64,000 nucleotides of DNA from Vicugna vicugna (Eukaryota). Location: assembly GCA_013265495.1 (NCBI GenBank), contig MU063896.1, forward strand, positions 5,158,386 through 5,222,385, read 5' to 3'. This document shows positions 1 through 11,129 of the stretch, piece after piece. Made by a program: the position numbers and the translations under genes. Below the pieces are notes generated by a model. That model searched no databases and was not told where the DNA came from. It was given only the letters and a program-made list of their open reading frames with translations. The stretch's first letter is position 1. Each line of letters opens with the position of its first letter.

Positions 1-44
1 GGGAGTTTCAAAACTGACCTCATATTCTGTGTCTCCTCGTCACT

Positions 45-1270
45 GTATTGATTCATTCAACAAATCTCTATTGATCAATATCAGCATTAGACATTTTGCT
101 GAGTTCTGAGGCTACAACCATGAGCAAAGTCCTTTCTTGCCAGGAACTTAGAAAAGAGAGAAAACAAGTATTACTGAGTAATTCAATAGAGTGTGATAAG
201 CATTATAACAAAGTTTGAAGAAACATACTGTTGGGTAGCTTAACTTAATCTACAGTCAAGGAAAGTGTCCTGCAGGAAGTAGTGTTATACAAGCCCGAAG
301 AGGAGAAAAAGGTTACCTGGATTGGAAAGAAGAGTAAAGGAATGTGTTCAAAGGGAATAGTACGTTCAAGGGCCAGAGCTAAAGAGGACATGTCAGAATA
401 GAGTCTGTTCCAAAGAATAGACTATTTCAGGGACTAGGTAGGTTAACCCGGAAAACAGAATGCAAGGAAGAGTGGCTAAAGATGATGCTAGAAATACAAA
501 GGCCGAATCATCATAGCCTGTTAAAACGGCTTTATCCAAAGGCAGTAGGAAGCCATTGAAGCTTTTAAGGAGGGGAGTGGTATGCTGAAGTATTTTTGAA
601 AGATCACTCTGACTGTAGAATGCAGAATGAGCTTGAGAAAGGAGTGTAGGTATAGAGAAAGATTAGAAAAGGAAAGGACATCCAAGAGTCTGCTGTAACA
701 AGTGGCCCACATTTGTGTAATGGCAATGGAAATGGAGAGATATAACCCACATTTACAGCACTTGATACTTCCTAGGTTACTGTTTGGGAAGTTGGTGGTA
801 GCACGTTTACTGAGCTATGAAGCTCTGAAGGAGATCAGGTCTTGAGAGAACATAAAGAAATCCATGGAAATGTGGAGTTTGATATAACTATAAGGTATAC
901 AAATGAATAAGTAGCTGAATAAATGGTTCAGAAAGGAGGCACAAATTTTAAAGCCACATAGACAGTATGTGAAACCATAAGGAGGGAAGGAAATTAATCC
1001 TGGGACCTAGCTAAGCATCGCAAGATTTAAGAGATGAGCAAGAAGGGAAATGAGTTTGTAAAGAAGACCAGGAAGAGGCACTCATTAGGCTAGGAAGAAT
1101 ACAAGGACTTTGGTGACATGGAAACCGAAGGAAGAGAATGGTTTAAGAAGGAGAGAGTGGTCAACAGCACCAAAGTTGCTGAAAGAGCGCATAAGGAAGG
1201 TCTGAAAAGTTTCCTTTCACGTGGCCTCACAGTTTCAGTGAGGTGGAGGGCATGTCAGTGATTTTGAGTA
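45..1270 (-). mobile_element. L2 LINE 3' fragment(s), highly diverged
   Basis: cattcaacaaat...attga start followed by a long purine-rich stretch typical of antisense L2. Boundaries approximate. Confidence 0.6.
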
Positions 1271-1739
1271 ATAGCAAGTGAAGAAATGGTGATGTACAAG
1301 AAGGTACATTCTAAAGGAAGATGGCAGGGAGTGAATCAGGGGTTCTTGCTAAGGCAACCAAAGGGTGATTTTTTTTTTAATGATTATAAAAAGTGGAAAT
1401 TATATCTTAGCTGAGGGCAGAATGTGTTTTGGTTTTTGTAAAACAAACTACATCTACTTGGAAGGCCAATGCTCAACTCAAAATTTCTGACAGTTGATCC
1501 TGTAGTTTGAACTCCCCATATCTGCTGACATTTTGGAAGCTTGTGTCCCACTTAAACCTTGATATGGAGCATGGCCCTTTCTCTGTATTTTCTACCACAG
1601 CACTCTTCCAAGTCATTTGTATACGTGGAGACGTTATATCAGGTTTAGGAACATGAAAGTTTGTTGAACTGTAGAGCCACACAGCAAACATCCTAAAAAA
1701 TATGTCCTCGGTTTCCATGTTCTTGAGTCTTTTTTACCA

Positions 1740-2900
1740 CCTGGTCTCCAGCCTTTCCCAATGGCCATCTTTCTCCTTGGCTTCCAGCCTCCCACCATCT
1801 CATTAGGCCCCTTGATTCATTCTCTCACTGCCTCCTCTCCCTACTTCCCTGCCCAAATTTTTATTTTACTATGCAAAATGAAGTTTTCAATACTTAACCT
1901 TTTTTTAGCATCAAGCCTTCAGGCTCACCTTCCTATATAAAGAGGTTCTAAGTAAAGATAATTCTTTCTCTAAGAGTTGTAATGATATCTATTACAGTCA
2001 TAACTTTTTCATCATCATAATTATCACCTTCTTCCTAGTTTCTCTGGCCCTAAACCTGCTAATCATTTTCAACTCCTTCCTTTTCTTCTCTCTTACACCC
2101 CTCATCCAATGTCTGATGACAATGCTGATGACTCCTCCATAAAATCATTTTTTCATGCCCATGGCTCTAGAGCAGGTTCTCCAGGTTATTGCCAGGAGTA
2201 CTGCAATGACTCCCTGATGGGTTGTTCTCCTTTGATTCCCCTCCCTCTCCTTAGTCATCTTGTACAGAGTTGCCCCTGTAATCCAGACATCATTGGAGTT
2301 ACTTCTGTCCTCTAATGATTACACTCATTTACTAAACAGACAGTTCTGAGATTTTTCCAATAAGCAGAGCTGAGATAAAAAGACAAAGCCCATTCCTGAT
2401 TTCAACCTGCTGAAAAAGAAGTGGGGTGACACATTGAGGTCCCTGGCTGTGGCATTCCTTAACTCAAATGTAAATTACTTTGCCAAGTGGAGCTGAACTT
2501 GCCTTTCCAGCCCTATTAGCCATGGCCTCCCTCTCTGTCACATGCCTTGTATACTTCGGTTACAGTGAAGCTGTCATTTGCCAGAAAACTCTTAAATTCA
2601 GTCTGTGCCCTTTCCATGCTGACTGGCACTTCCACTCGCCCTTTGATGACAATGCTGGCTCCTTCTCCAGGGTTTTGTAAACGTAACTCCTACTCGCCTT
2701 CCAGGACCCATCTCACTCTTCCCGTCCTTCAGTGAACGTAAGCAGGGTCTCTCTCCCACTGTATTTATAATATAGCGCTTACCCAGCTTGGCTTCTAGGA
2801 CAGATACTTGTCTATCTGTACTCTAATATTCAACTTTGCATTACTCTAAAAGTGCCTTTCACATGACAGGCACTCAACACATGCTGAAGTCAACTTAACA
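1740..2900 (+). mobile_element. Patchy L2 fragments
   Basis: Pyrimidine-rich L2-like blocks ending in acaggcactcaacacatgctgaa, an L2 3'-end-like motif. Confidence 0.45.
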
Positions 2901-3574
2901 AGCACACAAGGCGACAACATTGTGTTCAGCTCCTTATCAGACTGCTGACGTTACAAGAGCCTCTGAGGGGAGCAGAGTCTACTCTGAGAGCACAGCCAGG
3001 GACACGTCTGCTCAGTGAAAGTTTGTCAATTTGCTGGAGATGCTTAGTAGCCCTGGGAGTCCCTAGTCGTCCCTTTTCTTCCTCCACTCAGCCATGCGTT
3101 AGCCCATTTCCTGTGTTGCCTAGGTGGGGGTCTCTTGAGCAGATTTTTGATCTTTTATATCCCCCACTCTGTATCAATATCGATCACTGCTATTTTCGGA
3201 AAGGTAGATGGAAAATATGAGAAACCCCAACTCCTCTCACTTTGTATTTATCAGTCAGCAAGTGGAAGAAGGCACGGGAGCCTGTAGGACCTGGTGCAGG
3301 TAGGGCTGTCTGTCCACAGAGTCCCCACAGATGGGTGCCCCCCCCCACTGTGCTGTAACCGTGGCCACTTCCATAAAAGCAGTCTTACAGGAAGGACTGA
3401 AACCAGGGTGGAGGCGCAATATACGACAAACATTGTGTTATTCTTGGCAGGAAGGGCAAACAAGTGGTGGCATCGCAAAGACACTCAGTGGTAGAAAGGG
3501 CAATGCCCCAGGGAAGAGGATACCTAAATGTACAGTCACTAATGTCACATACAATATATCAAGATTCTAGACTG

Positions 3575-3735
3575 TGTGTTAATTACATGAACAATTTCAT
3601 TTAACCACCCCAACTTAAAAAGCAGTGGTAATGATGATGATGGTAATTCCCTCCACAGAAATGAGGGAAGTGTGATTTGACCAAGGCTACATAGCTCTGT
3701 GTCATGGGTTGGAGTTCCTGCCTTCAGAGCTATAA
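3575..3735 (-). mobile_element. MIR fragment
   Basis: catttaacc...cacagaaatgagggaag...gaccaaggctacatagct MIR-core-like motifs. Confidence 0.5.
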
Positions 3736-4339
3736 GCTTAGCTAGTTTTTGATGCCTTTTGTATCATGTGGGGATGAATTAGGAAGTGGTGACTTTTTTA
3801 TAATTATAAAGCAAACCGGCATGGCAAAGGACTTATCACCTGGTACCCCAACTGCAGAAACAAGTATTTATGCTGGCTAAACATTGACTCAGATACCTTT
3901 CTCCAGTTGGGGCAATCTCTGCAATGAACTTTGGGTAAGTATAGACATGTGCTCAGCCAAAAGGCTGGCCTTTCTCTTGTTCGTATCTGTATAATTTGTG
4001 GCCTGAGGTATGTGCAGTTAGAGACCTGGTGCCCCAGTTGAGCATGCCTAAATGTCACAGATGCCAAAAGTGTGGGAGCCAGGGCTAGCAGGAGGTGATA
4101 CATCCACAAGAGGCAGGTAGAAATGTTTGGTGAGTTTTCAATAAGTGTTACAAGAACCTTGCATCTCAAGCACACAACTCCGTGCCCCACTGGTGTGGCT
4201 AACACTGAGACTCACCCACTGCATTCCCAGAGAACATGAGACAGAACACTGGAGGCTTTATGTGGGCAACAGTCAACAGTCAGGAGACACAGCAGGTCAC
4301 ACACAGCAGGGTTTCCACCTGAGGTCTATGTACATATAC

Positions 4340-4495
4340 AACTACACAGAATTATATTTCTGTAATTACTTTGTTTTGAAGTTTCATTTATTTTATTTTA
4401 TCCATTTAAAGACGCCTTCCTGAGAAGGGTGTCTATATATTTCACCTGGCTGCTAGATGGATCCAAGGTCCAGAAAGCTTTAGAATGCCTGGCAA
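4340..4495. mobile_element. hAT-Charlie-type DNA transposon end fragment
   Basis: tccatttaaa...ctgagaaggg...ttcacc...tgc.agatggatccaagg resembles recalled Charlie-family termini. Subfamily not determined. Confidence 0.35.
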
Positions 4496-6789
4496 TTAAG
4501 AGAAGAGCTTTCTAAATAGTGGAGCCAACCTGAAACACCAAGGTATAACCATTACCAGTGATAATCTTGCCTCTTCAGATAAATCATAATCAAGGTAATA
4601 GTCCGGTATCACTGCCGTAACACAACTACCATATGTAGAGCTGCCACTTGTGGTGATCAGAAGCCAGGGACCACATGGGGCTCTGATTAACTGATGTTGA
4701 CCACCCTAAAACAGAGCTAAAACAAAAATCTCTAATGAATATGCTCAGATCAGTCAGGTCTTACACCATTACACATGTGAAACAATTATTCTGAATCAAA
4801 ACACTCCTGATAATTTTTATCTTGTTTGACTAGGTTTCCTGAATGTTTCAAAATAATTACTCAATTCTTCCATATAAAAAAAAGTTAGAAAAGAACAATG
4901 TGGACCAGGTTGGCTGGGTTTGATTCTTTCTGATTCTTTCCAGGAGAGTAAAGTATACTGACACCAACATGTAAAAAGAGAAAAGAAGAAAACAGAGCTA
5001 ATCTGTCCTAATCCCAATCCAAAATGGTGCAAGATAGCAGAACTTGGCTAAATCAAAATAAAAATTCATCCTTAGATAATTCACATTTTTCTTGGAAATC
5101 CATTTTAATACTGTACTAACTCTGAATGTGTCTGACATTCTTAAATTTAATTTCATATTAGATTTACACACACACGCACACACACCCTCAAAACCCTTTA
5201 TCAGAAGGAAGGAAAATGGTCAGCTTTCCTCAATCATTTCTCTTGGCTCATGCTTTAAGATCAAAGTAAGCAATTACATACAAAATCGGCTCCAGAATAA
5301 TAAATTTAGATTATGAATGAAGTTAGAGACACAAATAACAAAGGCAAGTACAAATTGGTAAATTTCATGAGAGTCTAGTATTTGAAATACTACATTTTCT
5401 GATACTGTCAATTTGACCCTGATGCAAAATAATAAAATGCATTTCAATTCAAAACACAAAGTATTCTTATAAATTGGAAATAAATCAGGAATACTCAGGG
5501 ATACCCTAAAAGGTTGAAAGGGCCAAGCGTGTTTACCTCTTGCTCCTCCATTTAAAGGTCCCGGGTGTCTTCCAAGTCTCTGTAGACACCAGACTGATAT
5601 TTTATAACATCAGATTTATGTTCTGAGTTTCAGCATTTTAAGAATTAGGTTAACAGTGGCTAAAAGTAAATTGAGTATTTTTAAAATTCTGCCAATAATT
5701 CTTTTTCAGTAATAATTGATTTTATTAGCATTTTATGAATGTTTTCAGATGCTCTATTACCAAAAATGTATAGCTTTTATTTAAAACTGAAATATGCATT
5801 TTTGAAATATTTTTCTAAAAAATCATCTTAAATTTCCCATGTTGTTACAAGAATCAAAGGAGATAGGCAATATTTTGCATGATTTTAATGTTTTAATGAT
5901 TTGATGTTTTGTTTCTCTAACCTTTTTTTAGAGCAATGAATATCCTTGTCAAAAAGGAGGAAAAACTGAGTCACAGAATCCCAATAAAAACTTTCTAGAT
6001 GGTCTCAGAGAGGTGATAAGAAAGGTTGGTTCCTAAAGTTTACAAAACTTTTGGCTTCCATACTGATGTCACCAAAGTAAGAAACTGAAAAGGGGGTACG
6101 CAAAGAGAATAGCATGGATTTACCTATTCGGATCTTAACAGATTTTGCTTCTTTGATTTTAACAATTTGATCAGGTTGCATAAAGTTCTAAATAGCCTTC
6201 TAAAAGTTACAGCATGGGGTAAATGTGAAATATTATGGTGAAAATGTTACACTGTCACAGAATACATGCCACAAGAAAGCATGTGCAAATTATATAAATC
6301 CCCTCTATATTTTGATATTTTCTTAAGAACAGGCAGTTCCAGTTAATCCTTGAATGAAAAAAAGTAATGAATAATGTGCCCCAAAAGGTACAATACCAGT
6401 GTCAATATTAATAATTTAATATGTAATAAAATCATCCTGAAAAAAATCAATATAGTTCAAAATAATTTTAAGCTGTTACCTTAAAATATGATTTGATTTT
6501 AAGGTTGTAATCTCAGAAAATATATAATTCAGAATAGTTTTTAGTTTTATTAACAGGTTGTGTGTAGCTTCCTGTAATTGATAACCCGAATTTTTATCAT
6601 ACTTCGGTTACAAAAACAGTATTGTAATTGAAATTCAGTCCACAAATCATTCTGAACCCCAAATTTTTTTCATATTTTATGGTTGAGAATTCTAACACTG
6701 CCATACTAAATAAGGCTAAAAAGATGTTTAAAATATGCATACTTCAAGAAAATATTATAGTAATGTAAAATCACACAAGAACACACCAG

Positions 6790-7026
6790 ATCATTTTTTC
6801 TGAGGTTTAATTTTAACTAATGAATTTATAAATGATGAAGGTAATATCAATCCAAATCTTTACTTATTTGTAATGCACAAACTATTTTTTGTAACTTGTA
6901 GGTGAAACAGATTCTTTTCACCATGGCAATGCTTTCACCCTTATTTATGGTCTTCCTTTTTCTTTCTTTTTTTTTTTTTCTTGAGTCTTTTTTCTTCAAT
7001 AGTTTAACAAGTCACTTCTGNNNNNN
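6790..7026 (-). other. GRB14: GRB14 3' UTR to the proximal poly(A) site
   Basis: Minus-strand sequence CAGAAGTGACTTGTTAAACTATTGAAG...CATTAGTTAAAATTAAACC resembles the recalled human GRB14 3' UTR. The cleavage position is approximate. Confidence 0.75.
6806..6811 (-). terminator. Polyadenylation signal ATTAAA (proximal)
   Basis: Plus-strand tttaat at 6806-6811, about 215 nt after the inferred stop codon. Confidence 0.6.
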
Positions 7027-7173
7027 NNNNNNNNNNNNNNNNNNNNNNNNNNNNNNNNNNNNNNNNNNNNNNNNNNNNNNNNNNNNNNNNNNNNNNNNNN
7101 NNNNNNNNNNNNNNNNNNNNNNNNNNNNNNNNNNNNNNNNNNNNNNNNNNNNCGTTTCACCATCATCTTCCAC
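7027..7173 (-). CDS. GRB14: GRB14 exon 14 CDS (147 nt expected); visible start VEDDGET, remainder and stop codon inside N gap 7021-7152
   Basis: Acceptor tttttcctgttgcag|GTGGAAGATGATGGTGAAACG is seen. The end coordinate assumes the human-length 48 codons plus stop, which leaves 6 nt before the visible UTR CAGAAGTGACTT, as I recall for human. Confidence 0.85.
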
Positions 7174-8380
7174 CTGCAACAGGAAAAACGACAAACCGGT
7201 AAGAATGGCAAAATACCCAGAAAGTCAATCATACTCTATTGCAAACTGCATCTATAATTGCCAAAATTGGCACATTTATCATACTAAAGGACAGTGAAAA
7301 GAATGTTATGGCATGTTCACTTCTTTTTATAACTTCACTTGCGTCTAAAAGAAATATCATCGGATCCTAAGGTAAGCAGTGTGGCTCTACTTTCTACTTC
7401 TAACGTTCTGGGATCAGAACAGTATGACGATTCTCAATCAATACAGTCTGTAGTGGGAAATCTGCACTATTCAGCATAAAAGTAAACCAAAGACGTTAAT
7501 GCTCCCATCTACAGAAATTGATTTCCATTTCTAATTGTTGTCTACCTAAAGCCTCACTTAGTATATTAAAAGTGAATATTCACCATAATTGGAATCAGTA
7601 GATTGATTCTGGAGCAACCAAACATTAGGTTAACAGAATGACAGGGCTTTTTTTTTTGCAATGAGATTTTCTGTTATTAACAATTCTTATTTCCCAGGGA
7701 TATCACTCACAAAATCAATGAAGTAGGGAAGATACTTCATGTGGACTTTGAATAATTCTAAAAAGAGGCCATTCAAAAAAAAAAAAACTAGCAATTTAGC
7801 AATCTCATGTAATATTTTCCTGAAAGGAGACTGGATCTCGGTTCCACACTATCTGGTTCCAATATACACAAAAGTAGCAGAAGCAGCAAAAAAAAATCCC
7901 AAAACAAGTTGTGCCAATCAGAAGTAGAATTACAGAAATTTTTAAAGTGTGCTCAGAATAGTTTAAATTATCTCCAGTTCTGCAGCACCTGTGTACCTAT
8001 CCATAATGATTAAAAACAAAACTAGCAAAAAAAAAAAAAAACGCAAACATTTTGGGGTCAGGAGAGGAGAAAGGGCTCTAAAATAATGGTTTTTAAAGAA
8101 CCACTAGTAGAATCCAGGAGAAAGAATGTTCCGTGGCCTTTTAACAATAGGTGGCATGGGGTCTATACAATACTACCAAATTATATTTCATGGGAAAAGA
8201 GAAATTTAATTTTTACAACTCCTGTATTTATTATATTAATTCAGACTCATAAAGCCATTTCTGTCAAACTTAACTCTAGTCAAAGTACAAGTTCCCAAAT
8301 TATATTTAATAAAAGAACCAAAGAAAACTAAACTTTCAAAAACCTTATGCATTAAGACCATCTCTAACATACAAATATGA

Positions 8381-8528
8381 NNNNNNNNNNNNNNNNNNNN
8401 NNNNNNNNNNNNNNNNNNNNNNNNNNNNNNNNNNNNNNNNNNNNNNNNNNNNNNNNNNNNNNNNNNNNNNNNNNNNNNNNNNNNNNNNNNNNNNNNNNNN
8501 NNNNNNNNNNNNNNNNNNNNNNNNNNNN
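8381..8528 (-). other. GRB14: N gap (148 nt) inferred to hide GRB14 exon 13 (expected 94 nt, SH2 core FLVRDS)
   Basis: The SH2 core exon is not visible between exons 12 and 14. Phase continuity (2 to 0) requires an intervening exon, and this gap is large enough. Confidence 0.75.
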
Positions 8529-9441
8529 ACTCATAGAAATACAGCTTGTATCAAGTCTAGGAAGTATATTCATAAATGTAGCCAGTTTCCCTTTACTGTG
8601 AACTTAATGATAGGATTATCCAATATGGTAAAAATATAGTATAACATAATCTTATACTATAAAATTGTCATCAGAGCTAATTTAACTTTAACAGGAAAAA
8701 TATACAGCTATTTGTCAGATCATTTGCTCATGATAACCACTATGCTGGCATCAGTGATTAGTGCTGGTCCTTCTTCCACCGGGAGACTGGGTATTCACAT
8801 GTAACTCTGTGGTACAGAGCATGGGGCATTAGCATATTGTTATTTTAACTTCTGGGTCATGTTAGAGTCTGAAAAGAGAAAATTATTTAGAATGAAATCA
8901 TTTTAACCCCCTCTTCTACACTGGATCCTTTCTTTTGATTCTGGTTCCTACTATTACATACACAACAGAAAGTGAGAAATGAATATATTCTAAAAAATCA
9001 GTCCTGAAATCATTCATTAAATGTTTGAGCAAAATATTTTAAGTAAAAGAAACACTCAAACAACATGTACTTTAACCTTGAAGAACGCAGCAGAAAAGCC
9101 TCTGAAGTAGGCTGGAAAAACAAGACATGGCCTAACAGCCTAAGAGGAAAATGCTGCCAAGGATGGATTCTTATTTACTGGCAATTCAGTGCAAAACCAG
9201 CTTTGTATTAATTGTTGGCAAACAAGACTGTGCAAACAGTCCCCGCTGGTGACTCCAATATGAAACCTCACTGTGCCTGGGCAAAGACACAGCCAAATTT
9301 GAGCCATCACAGATGTCTGATGAGATTATCCATTTCATTTGTGCCATGAGATTCTGACATTACATCACTGGGAGATGTGACAAAAGGGAGTTTCACTGGT
9401 AAATCAAGCTACGTCTCTCCCCATTCCCAAGTAGATCACCA

Positions 9442-9455
9442 GTGCCACCTAGTGG
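9442..9455 (-). promoter_or_regulatory. CTCF core motif CCACTAGGTGGCAC in GRB14 intron 12
   Basis: 14/14 match to the CCASYAGRKGGCRS consensus, in non-repetitive sequence. Binding cannot be shown from sequence alone. Confidence 0.7.
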
Positions 9456-10617
9456 ACTGCCTGCCATCATCGCATCTTTCCAAAGAAATACCAAAATAAT
9501 TTTTTTAGTTAAAAATTTAAAAAATAAAGATACTGTCATTCTTTATGCAATTATTTCACTCAACTTATAAAAACTGGGCCCAGAAATAAGGGAAATTTTA
9601 GTCCTTCAAAACATTTTGAAAATTCTTTGTGGTTTGTTTCTTTTCTTGGTTTTACCAAATTGTAATTCTGCTGATTATTCAAATTTACATCTAAAAAGAT
9701 CATGTTCCACACAGAGAAGTATATTGAAATCTTTTCTTATTTAGAGTCTATTGAAATGCTGACTTGCTATTAATAATCTTCCTGGGGAAGATGCATTTTT
9801 ATCCAAATGTCAGTATTAAATCACCTTGAAATCTTGTCATCATCTTAAGCCAACTCTTGAAGATATAAGATCCCATCACCACTTGTTTAAATTGATGCTG
9901 GTTTTATTACAACCTCCTTAATTTGAATGCCATTTGGAAAGAGAATTTATCCAGTATTATAGAGAGTATCTGAAGTACTTAGTAATTTGAGAAAAGGAAA
10001 ATTCTTTAGATCATAAATCTTATATATTTCCTATTTCTCCTGTAACTCCCCTGGTATCCCACTAAAAGATAACATGAGAGTAAAAAAGTACTATTTTCAT
10101 AGATTTTACTACTTTAAACTTAAAATTTAGAGAAAAGAAAATAGCGATGTAAACAGAAAGAAAAAAATAAAAGTCTAAATATATAAGAAACAGTTTTTTA
10201 CTTTAACATACCCTGCATCAAACTTAAAAAATACATAACACATAAGATGATGTCATGGTCATGGCATAAGCCATACTTTGCAATCGTATTAAATTATATG
10301 TTCAAATCAAAATGCTGACACCCAAAAACAAGTTCAATTTCCCCCATCAATTAATATCTGAGATGCACAAATGGCCAATATTAGCAATTACTGGTTAAAA
10401 GGAGAGCATCCTACTCAGCTATCTGTTTCTTTTGCACAAATACCAAGCACACACTATGTAGCAGGGATTACATAGGTATTGCTAGGATTCAGTGGCAACC
10501 GTCCGACAGAACAAAGTCACTTCTGTTTTATTAAGCCAAAGTCATAACTCTGTCTTGAATAAATAATTGCTGATTATAGAAGAAATCAAAATCACTGCTA
10601 TTCAGAATCAAACTCAC

Positions 10618-10705
10618 CCATCCACTAGACCTTGCTGAATAATCAGTCGCTGAGCCTCTTCTCTAGAAATTTTGTGGTGAAACCACGGTTGGGACCGGTG
10701 GATCG
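10618..10705 (-). CDS. GRB14: GRB14 exon 12 (88 nt), SH2 start: (A)[28 protein letters not shown](G)
   Basis: Acceptor tttcttcag|CGATC, donor GATGG|gtgagt, phase 1 to 2. Confidence 0.97.
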
Positions 10706-10848
10706 CTGAAGAAATAAAGTGGAGGAATACAAAGATTTGTTTGGAATGACCACGCTTTCATCACATACCTTCCACCACAACCCCTCAGCGAGTACATCGA
10801 AACGCACACCTCCACCCATTCAGCCTCAGAGAGCGTGCACACACATAC

Positions 10849-10921
10849 CCATGTTCGTGGCAGAGCTCTGTGAAGAGGCAGTGGGGCTACCGTGAGTGCC
10901 CAGGCGTAAACATCCTTTTTT
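10849..10921 (-). CDS. GRB14: GRB14 exon 11 (73 nt): [24 protein letters not shown](A)
   Basis: Acceptor cttccttgcacag|AAA, donor ATGG|gtatgt, phase 0 to 1. Confidence 0.96.
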
Positions 10922-11012
10922 CTGTGCAAGGAAGCAAGAAACAAATTTCAGCTTCTGGGGTGAAACAAATCCAAATCATACATGTTTTGAAGAACATGAA
11001 TCTGAAGCGTAC

Positions 11013-11129
11013 CCTCCATGCTAGTCCTTCTTCAACTGCAACTGAAAGGGCTTCAGTAGGATTTTCTATGACTCTGCTTTTCTGGCCTGAGAAGTCCATT
11101 GCTACCAGGGAATTTTCTGATATACTTCT
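11013..11129 (-). CDS. GRB14: GRB14 exon 10 (117 nt), BPS/PIR domain: [39 protein letters not shown]
   Basis: Acceptor tttttttccag|AGA, donor AGG|gtacgc, phase 0-0. Inside ORF 10887..11150. Confidence 0.98.

Noticed and set aside
3804-4423. Overlapping 133-aa and 92-aa ORFs downstream of GRB14
   Set aside because: No recognisable protein family. ORFs of this length are expected by chance in six frames of 64 kb, and the region abuts a DNA transposon remnant.
6478-6505. 10-bp perfect inverted repeat ACCTTAAAAT...ATTTTAAGGT with an 8-nt loop
   Set aside because: It is AT-rich and short, within chance expectation, and too small for a pre-miRNA or MITE.
2551-6612. Exact 14-mer ATACTTCGGTTACA at 2551-2564 and 6599-6612
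   Set aside because: Several 14-mer coincidences are expected among roughly 2e9 position pairs, and similarity does not extend into the flanks.
6902-7297. ORFs spanning N runs (also 8364-8601, 20785-21076, 32182-32604, 60003-60224)
   Set aside because: They are artefacts of N codons containing no stops.
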